In this document: piece by piece, positions 46,665-58,615 of the stretch
Position numbering within the stretch: position 1 is the stretch's first letter
How the letters are laid out: every line of letters starts with the position of its first letter
NCBI RefSeq assembly: GCF_964213995.1
Contig: NW_027591321.1
Location: forward strand, 1 to 64,000
Length of the DNA: 64,000 nucleotides
DNA from: Mustelus asterias
Taxonomy: Eukaryota
Direction: 5' to 3'
Translations under genes and position numbers: made by a program
Notes under the pieces: generated by a model
What the model was told of the DNA's origin: nothing
The model's database searches: none
Seen by the model: only the letters and a program-made list of their open reading frames with translations

Positions 46665-47588
46665 GTAACGGAGTTGCGGTACGACCTGCGGGGGTGACTA
46701 ATTCCGGCATTCATTTTTCCTCCTTCCTATTCGAGAGGCATCTTGAAATGGGGGGGGGGGAGGGGGGGAATGTGGGCACAGCCTGTGAGGCTTCTGGACT
46801 GATGCCCAGGTGAATGATTTGTGACCTTTGGGTTCAACTCACCAAAGGCATCTGCAGCGATCTCAACTCGATGGATAAATCATAGAATCCCTACAGTGCA
46901 GAAAGAGGCCATTCGGCCCATCGAGTCTGCACCGACCACAATCCCACCCTATCCACATATCTCTACATATTTACCCACTAACCCCTCGAACCTATGCATC
47001 CCGGGACACTCGGGGGCAATTTAGCACGGCCAATCAACCTCGCCCGCACATCTTTCGGACTGTGGGAGGGAACCGGAGCACCCGGAGGAAACCCACGCAG
47101 ACACGGGGAGAATGTGCAAACTCCGCACAGACAGTGACCCGAGCCGGGATTCGAACCCAGGTCCCTGGAGCTGTGAAGCAGCAGTGCTAACCACTGTGCC
47201 ACCGTGCCACCCTATCTAAAATTATTAAGCTAGCCTCTGGTGACCATGGCAACCATCATCGATTGTTAAAAACTGGCTCACTGATGCTGGCCTTGCCAGC
47301 GACACCCACATCCCCGTTTAAGAATTAAAAGCAAAAACAGAAAATTGGCATCGCTTAAGCCAACGATTGTGTGTGTGTGTGTGTGTGTGTCCCAGTTAAA
47401 GTGTCTCGCACGGCCATTTCAGAGGGCAGTTGAGAGTCAACCATTGCTGTGGGCTCTGGAGTCACCTGAAGACCAGACCGGGTAAGGACAGCAGATTTCC
47501 TTCCCTAAAGGGACATTAGTGAACCAGGTAGGTTTTTCCGACAATTGATCCCTTTAGCCCCAAGAGCTATGTCTAATTAAATAGCTAG

Positions 47589-47793
47589 AGTTTTAACAAC
47601 ACCAGGTTAAAGTCCAACAGGTTTATTTGGTAGCAAATGCCATTAGCTTTCGGAGCGCTGCTCCTTCGTCAGAAGGAGCAGCACTCCGAAAGCTAATGGC
47701 ATTTGCTACCAAATAAACCTGTTGGACTTTAACCTGGTGTTGTTAAAACTCTTACTGTATTCACCCCAGTCCAACGCCAGCATCTCCACATCA
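47589..47793. mobile_element. Penelope-like palindromic insert, family A
   Basis: Near-perfect inverted arms; 15-bp TSD TAATTAAATAGCTAG (47574-47588, 47794-47808). Confidence 0.8.
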
Positions 47794-49144
47794 TAATTAA
47801 ATAGCTAGCAGGTGGCACAATAGTTCACACTGCTGCTTCACAGCTCCAGGGACCCGGGTTCGATTCCCGGCTTGGGTCACTGTCTGTGCAGAGTCTGCAC
47901 ATTCTCCCCCATGTCTGTGTGGGTTTCCTCCGGGTGCTCCGGTTTCCTCCCACACTCCAAAGATGTGCGGGTCAGATGCATTGGCCATGCTAAATTGCCC
48001 TTTCGTGTCCCGGGATGCATAGGTTAGAACGATTAGTGGGGTAAATATGTGGGGTTACGGGGATAGGGCCTGGAAGGGGTTGTGGTCGGTGCAGACTGGA
48101 TGGGCCGAATGGCCTCCTTCTGCACCTGTAGGGATTCTGCGGTAAGCCTACTTGTGAAACTAATAAATAAGCTTAATTTCTCCTTGAAATCAGACCTGGT
48201 CACCTTCACTGAGATGGGTTTTCGACTACAGATGTTCATAGAAATCATAGAAACCGTACAGGTGCAGAAGGAGGCCATTTGGCCCATCGAGTCTGCACCG
48301 ACCACAATCCCAACCAGGCCCTACCCCCACATATTTACCCGCTAATCCCTCTAACCTACGCATCCCAGGACTCTAAGGGGCAATTTTTAACCTGGCCAAT
48401 CAACCTAACCCGCACATCTTTGGACTGTGGGAGGAAACCGGAGCACCCGGAGAAAACCCACGCAGACACGGGGAGAACGTGCAAACTCCACACAGACAGT
48501 GACCCAAGCCGGGAATCGAACCCGGGACCCTGGAGCTGTGAAGCAGCAATGCTAACCACTGCGCTACCGTGCCGTTTTTCCGACACTCCGTTTCCGTTTA
48601 CCGTGTTGTTCGTTGAGTTTAAATTCCCCCAGCTGCCGTGGTGGGATTTGAACCCGTTTCCCTGAAGAGCATCATCCTGGGGTCTCTGTATTACTAGTCC
48701 AGTGACATTGCCCCCAAACTATGTCTCCTTCACTTTGTCGACACTGAGGGAGAGATTATTGTCACCGCACCAGTTCACCAGATTCTCTACCTCATTCCTG
48801 TAACTCCGTCTCGTCATTGTTTGAGATCCGACCCACTACGGTGGTGTCGTCAGCAAACTTGAAAATGGAGTTGTAGGCAAATGTGGCCACACAGTGATAG
48901 GTGGATAAGGAGTATAAGAGGGGGCTGAGGTGGAGAAGATGAGCGGGGGGAGGGGGGGGTGGCGCAGAGGATTCCAGATTCCAGAGTTTATGGGCTGCCA
49001 AGACGGATGGGAGGGGTGGGGTTCCACAGTTCGATGACCGGCAGGGGGGGGAGCGATGGAAATCGGGTGGTGTGCAGTAGGCCTGAATTAGGTAGGGTGT
49101 GAATTGGTTAAGGTACATTTGTGTGTGCGGCTCACTCGCTGCAC

Positions 49145-50467
49145 CGTCAGACTGTCCCGGCTGGGAGCAGCGTCAGACTGTCCCGGCTGGGGGCAGCGTC
49201 AGACTGTCCCGGCTGGGAGCGGTGTCAGACTGTCCCGGCTGGGAGCGGCGTCAGACTGTCCCGGCTGGGGGGCAGCGTCAGACTGTCCCGGCTGGGAGCA
49301 GCGTCAGACTGTCCCGGCTGGGGGCAGCGTCAGACTGTCCCGGCTGGGAGCAGCGTCAGACTGTCCCGGCTGGGGGGCAGCGTCAGACTGTCCCGGCTGG
49401 GGGGCAGCGTCAGACTGTCCCGGCTGGGGGGCAGCGTCAGACTGTCCCGGCTGGGGGCAGCGTCAGACTGTCCCGGCTGGGGGGCAGCGTCAGACTGTCC
49501 CGGCTGGGGGCAGCGTCAGACTGTCCCGGCTGGGGGGCAGCGTCAGACTGTCCCGGCTGGGAGCAGCGTCAGACTGTCCCGGCTGGGGGCGGCGTCAGAC
49601 TGTCCCGGCTGGGGGCAGCGTCAGACTGTCCCGGCTGGGAGCAGCGTCAGACTGTCCCGGCTGGGTGCGGCGTCAGACTGTCCCGGCTGGGTGCGGCGTC
49701 AGACTGTCCCGGCTGGGGGGCAGCGTCAGACTGTCCCGGCTGGGGGCAGCGTCAGACTGTCCCGGCTGGGGGCGGTGTCAGACTGTCCCGGCTGGGTGCG
49801 GCGTCAGACTGTCCCGGCTGGGGGGCAGCGTCAGACTGTCCCGGCTGGGGGCAGCGTCAGACTGTCCCGGCTGGGGGGCAGCGTCAGACTGTCCCGGCTG
49901 GGGGCAGCGTCAGACTGTCCCGGCTGGGGGGCAGCGTCAGACTGTCCCGGCTGGGGGCAGCGTCAGACTGTCCCGGCTGGGAGCAGCGTCAGACTGTCCC
50001 GGCTGGGAGCGGCGTCAGACTGTCCCGGCTGGGGGCAGCGTCAGACTGTCCCGGCTGGGGGCAGCGTCAGACTGTCCCGGCTGGGGGCAGCGTCAGACTG
50101 TCCCGGCTGGGGGCGGTGTCAGACTGTCCCGGCTGGGGGCAGCGTCAGACTGTCCCGGCTGGGAGCAGCGTCAGACTGTCCCGGCTGGGGGCGGTGTCAG
50201 ACTGTCCCGGCTGGGGGCAGCGTCAGACTGTCCCGGCTGGGAGCAGCGTCAGACTGTCCCGGCTGGGGGGCAGCGTCAGACTGTCCCGGCTGGGGGCGGT
50301 GTCAGACTGTCCCGGCTGGGGGCAGCGTCAGACTGTCCCGGCTGGGAGCGGCGTCAGACTGTCCCGGCTGGGGGCAGCGTCAGACTGTCCCGGCTGGGGG
50401 GCAGCGTCAGACTGTCCCGGCTGGGGGCAGCGTCAGACTGTCCCGGCTGGGAGCAGCGTCAGACTGT
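49145..50467. repeat. 23-24 bp GC-rich minisatellite (GCAGCGTCAGACTGTCCCGGCTGGG), roughly 55 copies, MRPL28 intron
   Basis: Direct tandem repeats. Confidence 0.97.
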
Positions 50468-50499
50468 AACGGCCTGTTCTCTGTTTGCCTCCTCTGCAG

Positions 50500-50652
50500 C
50501 TCTCCACACGGCTGAGGAAGACGTGGAAACCGCAGTTGTTTGTGCGAGAGCTTTACAGCGAAATCCTGGACAAAACCTTCACCATCCAGGTGACCATGCG
50601 GACTCTGGACTTGGTGGACGCTTGCTACGGTTTTGACTTCTACATCTTGAAG
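50500..50652 (+). CDS. MRPL28: MRPL28 exon: [23 protein letters not shown]...GFDFYILK
   Basis: L28 family motif; ctgcag acceptor, AAG|GTTAGG donor; 153 nt. Confidence 0.96.
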
Positions 50653-51157
50653 GTTAGGGCTTCTTGGATTGATGGGAGTTTGGTCAGGTGGCTGTTCTCT
50701 CTTTCCCTTCTCGAGGCTCAGAACTAAGGAAGTCGGGCGGTGGTTTGTGGGTGTTGGGGGGGGGGGGGGGTGTGTGTGGGGTGGGGGGGTGGTGGGGTGG
50801 TGGGGGGGGGGGGGTTGGGGGGAGAGAGAGAGACAGTGAGACCGACATCATCATTCAATTCCCCAGCACTGAGGACACTTTGCTGAAAGATCACACTCAC
50901 TGCCTCCCATTCCAACCCCCTCCCTGTGGAAATAGACAGAACAAACCCTTTAGTAATAATTTGCCCCTGCATAATGACTTTGAGGCAGTCACAGGCGCAA
51001 GGCATGTTTGCAGCAATGCCCTCACTCATCTTTCTGTTTCGAGTGTGGGTCTGTTTGCCGCTCTGAGTGGTCCCTTTAAGATTACCGCACTACCTCACAT
51101 CTTAAAAGGATTGTTTGTGGTACATATGACCTGTTCAACCGGACGGGACAGGACGGG

Positions 51158-51622
51158 CACTGACTGACTGACGGATACTGACTGACTGACGGATACTGAC
51201 TGACTGACGGATACTGACTGACTGACGGATACTGACTGACTGACGGATACTGACTGACTGACGGATACTGACTGACTGACGGATACTGACTGACTGACGG
51301 ACACTGACTGACTGACGGACACTGACTGACTGACGGATACTGACTGACTGACGGATACTGACTGACTGACGGACACTGACTGACTGACGGACACTGACTG
51401 ACTGACGGATACTGACTGACTGACGGATACTGACTGACTGACGGATACTGACTGACTGACGGATACTGACTGACTGACGGACACTGACTGACTGACGGAT
51501 ACTGACTGACTGACGGACACTGACTGACTGACGGACACTGACTGACTGACGGACACTGACTGACTGACGGACACTGACTGACTGACGGACACTGACTGAC
51601 TGACGGATACTGACTGACTGAC
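51158..51622. repeat. 18-bp minisatellite (ACTGACTGACTGACGGAY), about 26 copies
   Basis: Direct tandem repeats. Confidence 0.97.
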
Positions 51623-52149
51623 TACTGTCGCATGCCGCGAGTTGTTAGGGTCTGGAACGCACTGCCTGCAAGTGGTGGAGGCAGGTTCAACCAAGGCAGT
51701 TAAAAGGGCATTGGACATAAACAATGTGCAGGGGTCCGGGGAAAAGGCAGGGGAATGGCACTAAGTCACGATGCTCCCATTGGGGAGACCCAATGGGCCG
51801 AATGGCCTCCTGTACCGTGATAATTCTGTTTTCCTGTGAAGTTTTATAAAGTAGGGAATCGGGCTGTCTGGTAGTCTTATCGATCACGGAATGGTGCCGT
51901 TCCCCCTCAGTTCCAACCCACATTTACCTTTGTGTTGTTACGGTGAATGATAGCGGCAATGGGGAGGGGGGGGGGTGGGATTCTGGGATTTGAGAGACAG
52001 TGGGACCACTGGACTATCGGATTGGTAAATTTTAAGGAATGTCTCAAAGGAGCAGAGAGAGACTCAGAGATTTAGGGAGGAAATTAACCTCCTTTTTGCT
52101 CTTGTCTCTGACCTCGAACGATTGGTTGGAAGATCCATTACTGTCTACA

Positions 52150-52680
52150 CTTCTGGTCACCCGATTATAGAAAGGATATTATTAAACTAGAAAGAGTGCA
52201 GAAAAGATTTACTAGGATGCTACCAGGACTTGATGGATTAAGTTATAAGGAGAGGCTGGACAGACTGGGACTTTTTTCTCTGGAGCGTAGGAGGCTGAGG
52301 GGTGATCTTATAGAGGTCTATAAAATAATGAGGGGCATAGACAAGGTAGATAGTCAATATCTTTTCCCAAAGGGAGGGGAGTCTAAAACTAGAGGGCATA
52401 GGTTTAAGGTGAGAGGGGAGAGATACAAAGGTGTCCAGAGGGGCAATTTTTTCACACAGAGGGTGGTGAGTGTCTGGAACGAGCTGCCAGAGGTAGTAGT
52501 AGAGGCGGGTACAATTTTGTCTTTTAAAAAGCATTTAGAGTTACATGGGTAAGATGGGTAGAGAGGGATATGGGCCAAATGCGGGTAATTGGGACTAGCT
52601 TAGGGGTTTAAAAAAAGGGCGGCATGGACAAGTTGGGCCGAAGGGCCTGTTTCCATGCTGTAAACCTCTATGACTCTATA
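52150..52680 (+). mobile_element. CR1 LINE 3' fragment (close relatives at about 45966-46220 and 59448-59565)
   Basis: 118-aa open ORF2 C-terminus; 3' UTR shared among the three copies. Confidence 0.9.
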
Positions 52681-52940
52681 ACAGTTGTAGCTGAGGTATA
52701 AATATTAGTGGCAGGACACAGAGGATTTATTGTGTCCTTGTTTCTCAGCTAGTGACCAGGGAATCTTTTACTCCCACTCAATCGAGCAGATGTTATCCCC
52801 ACAGTGCGGCGCTCCCTCAGTACTGCGTCCAGAGTGTCTGCACGTACATCGGAATGCTCTGGGATTATTGAATGAACCTGACTGCCCACTGGAGCTTGTT
52901 TTTAATTAATTATTTTTTTTTGACACCGATCGTTCTCCAG

Positions 52941-53075
52941 ACTCCCAAGGTGGACCTGAATTCAAAGCTGGGAGTGGATCTGAAGCGTGCAATGCTGCTG
53001 AGACTCGCTCGCAAGGACACTGAGCTTTACCCCGAGGATGCAGCAAAACGGGAACGCATCTACGAGAAGTATAAG
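52941..53075 (+). CDS. MRPL28: MRPL28 exon: [23 protein letters not shown]...IYEKYK
   Basis: ctccag acceptor, AAG|GTACGG donor; 135 nt. Confidence 0.96.
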
Positions 53076-53830
53076 GTACGGTTACCCAGACTCAGGATTG
53101 AGATAGCAGCCGCTAGCCTTAAAACGAGGGGATCCTTCCGGGATCAGTCGAGTGCAGACTGAAGTCATTCTCCTTGGAGCAGAGAGGAATGACGGGGGAG
53201 CTGCGGATTGGGAGATGTTGGACATTTAAAGGTGGGAACAGGAGGAGGCTGTTCAGCCCCTCAAGCCTTCCCTTCCAGGGTCTGATGAGATCCAGACTGA
53301 TCTGGGGCGGCACAGTGGGTTAGCACTGCTGCCTCACAGCGCCAAGGACCCAGGTTCAATTCCGGCCTTGGGTCACTGTTTGTGTGGAGTCTGCACGTTC
53401 TCCCCGTGTCTGCGTGGGTTTCCTCCGGGTGCTCCGGTTTCCTCCCACACTCCAAAGATGTGCAGGTTAGGTGGATTGGTTATGGTAAATTGCTCCTTAG
53501 TCATAGAAAGAAATCATAGAAATCCTACAGTGCAGAAGGAGGCCATTTGGCCCATCGAGTCTGCACCGACCACAATCCCACCCAGGCCCTACCCCCACAT
53601 ATTTACCCGCTAATCCCTCTAACTACGCATCTCGGGGACAATTTGTAACCTGGCCAATCAATCTAACCTGCACATCTTTGGACACCAAGGGGCAATTTAG
53701 CATGGCCAATCCACCTAACCTGCACATCAGGTCACCTAATCATCACACAGATAGTGACCCGAGCCAGGAATCGAACCCGGGACCCTGGAGCTGTGAAGCA
53801 GCAGTGCTAACCACTGTGCTACCGTGCCGC

Positions 53831-54281
53831 CCTTGGTGTCCAAAGATGTGCAGGTTAGGTGGATTGGCCAAGGTAAATTGCCCCTTACTGTCCAAAGATG
53901 TGCGAGTTAGGTGGATTGGCCGTGCTAAATTGCTCCTTAGTGTCCAAAGATGGGCAGGTTAGGTGGATTGGCCATGCTAAATTGTCCCTTAGTGTCCAAA
54001 GATGTGCAGGTTAGGTGGATTGGCCGTGCTAAATTGCTCCTTAGTGTCCAAAGATGGGCAGGTTAGGTGGATTGGCCATGCTAAATTGCCCCTTGGTGTC
54101 CAAAGATGTGCAGGTTAGGTGGATTGGCCATGCTAAATTGCCCCTTGGTGTCCAAAGATGTGCAGGTTAGGTGGATTGGCCATGCTAAATTGCCCCTTAG
54201 TGTCCCGGGATGTGCAGGTTAGGTGGATTGGCCATGCTAAATTGCCCCTTAGTGTCCAAAGATGGGCAGGTTAGGTGGATT
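53831..54281 (+). repeat. About 8.5 tandem copies of the same 52-bp SINE segment
   Basis: Unit starts every 52 nt from 53839 to 54255. Confidence 0.93.
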
Positions 54282-54415
54282 AGCAGGGTAAATACTTGCG
54301 GTGGGCCTGGGTAAGATGCTCTTGTGGCGAGTTGGTGCAGACTCGATGGGCTGAATGGCCTCCTGTACTGTAGGGATTCGATGATAAACTGATGCGGAAT
54401 TTCTTTGTGTGGCAG

Positions 54416-54502
54416 GAGTTTGTCATTCCTGAAGAGGAGGCGGACTGGATCGGCCTGAGCCTCGAGGAAGCCGTGGAGAAACAGAGGCTGCTGGAGAAGC
54501 GG
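54416..54502 (+). CDS. MRPL28: MRPL28 exon: [29 protein letters not shown]
   Basis: ggcag acceptor, GTAAGG donor; 87 nt. Confidence 0.96.
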
Positions 54503-55908
54503 GTAAGGGTTAATATTCCAACTGAACCTTTAACCCCGCGCCGGCCACTGCCTCCTCTCTTCAATACTGTCGGCTGGAGGTTATATTCAAAGTGGGCTAT
54601 GGAGAAAGACCTGGTGAAAAGATTCAAATTGGCCAAAGAGCTGGCAGAGGCACGATGGGCAGAACGGCCTCCTGTGTGGGTTATTCTACGAACTTGATCA
54701 TTTATATACAGAATTATGAAAAGCAAGTTCAGGTCATTCTGACTGGATTAAGCATCAGCATTGTTTGATTCATTATTGTCACATGTATTAGCATACATGA
54801 AAAGTATTGTTTCTTGCGCGCTATTCAGCATACCGTTCATAGAGAAGGAAATGAGAGAGTGCAGAATGTAGTGTTACAGTCATAGCTAGGGTCTAGAGAA
54901 AGATCAACTTAGTGCGAGGTAGATCCATTCAAAAGTCTGACGGCAGCAGGGAAGAAGCTGTTCTTGAGTCGGTTGGTACGTGACCTCAGACTTTGATTTG
55001 ATTTATCATTGTCACATGTATTGGGATACAGTGAAAAGTATTGTTTCTTGCGCGCTTTACAGACAAAGTATACCGTTCATAGAGAAGGAAAGGAGAGAGT
55101 GCAGAATGTAGTGTTACAGTCATAGCTAGGGTGTAGAGCAAGATCAACTTAATATAAGGTAGGTCCATTCAAAAGTCTGATGGCAGCAGGGAAGAAGCTG
55201 TTCTTGAGTCTGTTTGCAAGTGATCTCAGACTTTTGTATCTTTTTCCCCAGGGTGGAAGAGTCAATTACTCGGGGGCACAGGTTTAAGGTGCGAGGGGCA
55301 AGGTTTAAAGGAGATGTACGAGGCAAGTTTTTTTACACAGAGAGTAGTGGGTCCCTGGAACTCGTTGCCGGGGGAGGTAGAGGAAGCAGATACGACAGTG
55401 ACTTTTAAGGGGCATCTGGACAAATACATGAATAGGATGGGAATAGAGGGATATGGTGCCCGGAAGGGTAGGGGGTTTTAGTTCAGTCGGGCAGCATGCA
55501 GGCTTGGAGGGCCAAAGGGCCTGTTCCTGTGCTGTAATTTTCTTTGTTCTTTTTCTTTGTTTTGTTCTTTGTTCCCAATGGAAGAGAGACTGTCCGGGGT
55601 GCGTGGGGTGCTTGATTATGCTGGCTGCTTTTCCCAAGGCAGCGTAAAGTGCAGTTGCCAGGAAAGGCTGTTTATTTGAAGTGTCAAACACAATATGTGA
55701 CAGTACTCCGAAGCATCCCAGTTTTTTTTAAGGATGTCGGAATGCCTTGTGTGCCCCTCCGCTGCCACTTAAAGCCCCCTTTGGGTGTCCAACTCGCTGC
55801 CGCTCGCTGACAAAAATAAAGCAATTGAACTCTAAGTGACCGAAATCGCTGGCGATGACAAGCATCGTGCGGGGCGAACTTAACATCTTTCTGAAAATTG
55901 TTTTTCAG

Positions 55909-56007
55909 GATCCAGTGCCGCTGTTTAAGGTTTATGCCGAGGAATTAGCCCACGAACTGAGCATGCAGAAGCTGTCGGAACCGGTAATTGTTGAGCAGAA
56001 ATCGTAA
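55909..56007 (+). CDS. MRPL28: MRPL28 last exon: DPVPLFKVYAEEL...*; spliced protein 253 aa
   Basis: ttttcag acceptor; DPVPLFK motif; TAA at 56005-56007. Confidence 0.94.
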   Translation, partial: DPVPLFKVYAEELAHELSMQKLSEPVIVEQKS

Positions 56008-56274
56008 CCAAGCTTGGGGTCCATTTATGATCTTCAGAGCCCGCAGGTTATATATAATATATATATTTTATGGCCAGTGGCAGATTTGTTTTGGCAACAC
56101 TTGTCCCCTGAAGTTAGCCTACCTGGTTTGAGAGTGCCGATGAAACTGCCTCAAGGGTCGAAGGGCAAAGTGACTATGAACTCCTGATATAAACTCCTAA
56201 ATTAAAACGCTGAGGTTATTTTTTAAAAAGTGTGTACAGGGGCAGCCCATCCGACCTGGCATAATGGGACTGCA

Positions 56275-56280
56275 AATAAA
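56275..56280 (+). terminator. Probable MRPL28 polyadenylation signal
   Basis: First AATAAA after the stop codon (about 270 nt downstream), followed by a GT/CT-rich tract. Confidence 0.6.
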
Positions 56281-56465
56281 CATTCCTTCCTAAGAATAAT
56301 ACGGTGAAGAATGCTTTAATGTGTCTCTCTCCGTCAGGGACACACGACTGGGATCCTTTTGAAACATCCAGTGGGTACAGATCTTGGGCCGAATCTGCAC
56401 TGTAGGGTTTCTGTAATTCTATGAAATCTCTTAATTTAACTTTTGCTTGACATTACAATACTTGA

Positions 56466-57668
56466 ATATTGCTGAGAAGTGGGACATGTTGCCAAATTTT
56501 AGCATCTTGCACTCATCAGGACAAATACAAGAATACCAAATTTCAAATGATCACAATTTATACTACAGGAGGAGAGAGTGCTGATTCATTAGCAAGTTGA
56601 CTCTGATTGGCTGAGGTGTTGCCATGGGGAACTCTTGGGTAATTAGTCAACTTGCCAGCCAATCAGCACCCTTTTCTCCTGCAAAGCTTTAAAGTTTAAA
56701 ATTAAAGTTTATTTATTTATTAGCGTCACAAGTGAGGCTTATATTAACACTGCAATGAAGTTACTGTGAAAATCCCCTAGTCGCCACACTCCGGCACCTG
56801 TTTGGGTACACTGAGGGAGAATTTAGCACGGCCAATGCACCCTAACCAGCACGTCTTTTGGACTGTGAGAGGAAACCGGAGCACCCGGAGGAAACCCACG
56901 CAGACGTGGGGAGAACGTGCAGACTCCGTACAGAGAGTGACCCAAGCCGGGAATTGAACCCGGGTCCCTGGCGCTGGGAGGCAGCAGTTCTAACCAATGT
57001 GCCACCGTGCTTCCCAATTTATACTACAGGAGAAAAGAGTGCTGATTAATTGGCGAGTTGACTCTGATTGGCTGAAGCGTTGCCATGGAGAAGGCAGTGG
57101 GGAACTCCTGGTCGATTTGCCAGCCAATCAGTACCCAGTTCTCCTGTGGTACAAATTGCGGTGATTGTTTGAAATTTGGTGTTTGTCCTGTTGAGTGCAA
57201 GGCACAAAGCTTCGGTGACTTGGCTTTCTTTTTCAGCATTGTGGTTTATTGGAGCTTGCTGTGCAATAAATAGCTGTTGAAGTTTTATAGCTGTAACGCA
57301 CTAAACTGTACAATCTCTTGCAATTGAAATACCGTGGGTGTTTCCGGAGTAGCACCCAATTATAGATAACCAGTAGAGCTCGTAATGTGGCTCATTTATG
57401 CTTGCTCAAAGTGCACACGTTCATGCGAAGGAACCCACCCTCTGCAAACAAAAGGAATATGTTCCAGCCCTGCACCTTTGTTGAACTATCCAGGTGAGCC
57501 CATAGTTTCCCTTCCATTGCTTTCTCCATGGCAACTGCTTCGGCCAATCAGAGACAACTTAGCAACCAATCACCACCCTCCCGTAGTATAAATCGTTGTG
57601 ATTGTTTGGAAATTTAGCACTCCTGATGAGTGCACGACGGAAAACTTCGGCAGCACGTCTCTTTTCAG
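56466..57668. mobile_element. Cluster of Penelope-like family B termini in alternating orientation, interrupted by a SINE (about 56700-57010)
   Basis: Repeated blocks (GCCAATCAG.ACCC, AAATT...GATTGTTTG.AAATTT, CCTGATGAGTGCA.GA) on both strands; 57374-57483 encodes RARNVAHL...PTLCKQKEYVPALHL with a frameshift. Confidence 0.65.
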
Positions 57669-58532
57669 CCAAATTCCCAGGTAAAGTGCCACATAAGCAT
57701 AAATGTTTCTTTTCCTCTCAATAGGACCATTGCAACATGTAGATATGTAACAGTGAAACTGATCAGAGTTGAATCGCAGTTGGTGAGGAAAGTTTCAAGT
57801 TTTACAGTCACGTTTACTGCGATCACTCGTCTCCTATGAAATTCCTTTCCGTCTCCTTTCAATGATTTACAGCCAATGAAAATGCAATCATTGTTCATAG
57901 AATCCCAGAAACCCTACAGTGCAGAAGGAGGCCATTCGGCCCATCGAGACTGCACCAACCACAGGTGGCACAGTGGGTTAGCACTGCTGCCTCACAGCGC
58001 CGGGGACCCGGGTTCGATTCCTGGCTCAGGTCACTGTCTGTGCGGAGTCTGCATATTCTCCCTGTGTCTGTGTAGGTTTCCTCCCACAGTCTGAAAGACA
58101 TGCTGGTTAGGGTTCATTGGCCGTGCTAAATTCTCCCTCAGTGTACCCGAACAGGCGCCGGAGTGTGGCGACTAGGGGATTTTCACAATAGCTTCATTGC
58201 AGTGTTAATGTAAGCTTACTTGTGACACTAATAAATAAATATCCTATCCCCATACATTTATCCTAGCTAGTCCCCCTGACACTAAGGGGCAATTTACCAT
58301 GGCCAATCCACCTAACCCGCACATGTTTTGGACTGTGGGAGGAAACCCACGCAGACGTGGGGAGAATGTACGAACTCCGCACAGACAGTGACCCAAGACG
58401 GGAATCAAACCCAGGTCCCTAATGCTGTGAGGCGGCAGTGTTAACCACTGTGCCGCCCACCGATGCAGTGTAGGAAGCTCACTTTCTGCACAGCAAGCTC
58501 CTACTGATGGGAATACAATACATGGATAACCT

Positions 58533-58615
58533 CAGCCGGTACGGGAATCGAACCTGCGCTGTTGGCGGAGCTCTGCATCACGAACCAGCCGTCCAACCAA
58601 CTGAGCTAACCGACT
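58533..58615 (-). mobile_element. tRNA-Ile-like SINE head (not a functional tRNA)
   Basis: GTCGGTTAGCTCAGTTGGTT...CGCCAAC..CGCAGGTTCGATTCCCGTACCGGC resembles tRNA-Ile(AAT) D and T arms, but the anticodon arm is expanded and scrambled. Confidence 0.6.

Noticed and set aside
49099-50636. Three long overlapping ORFs (456-510 aa)
   Set aside because: Stop-free readings of a minisatellite inside an MRPL28 intron; open in all three frames
51095-51724. (SQSVSV)n ORF
   Set aside because: Reverse reading of the 18-bp minisatellite
55705-55745. Small hairpin upstream of the last MRPL28 exon (possible snoRNA)
   Set aside because: No convincing C/D or H/ACA boxes; a short imperfect stem could be chance
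58533-58615. Possible functional tRNA
   Set aside because: No valid anticodon stem-loop; better explained as a SINE head
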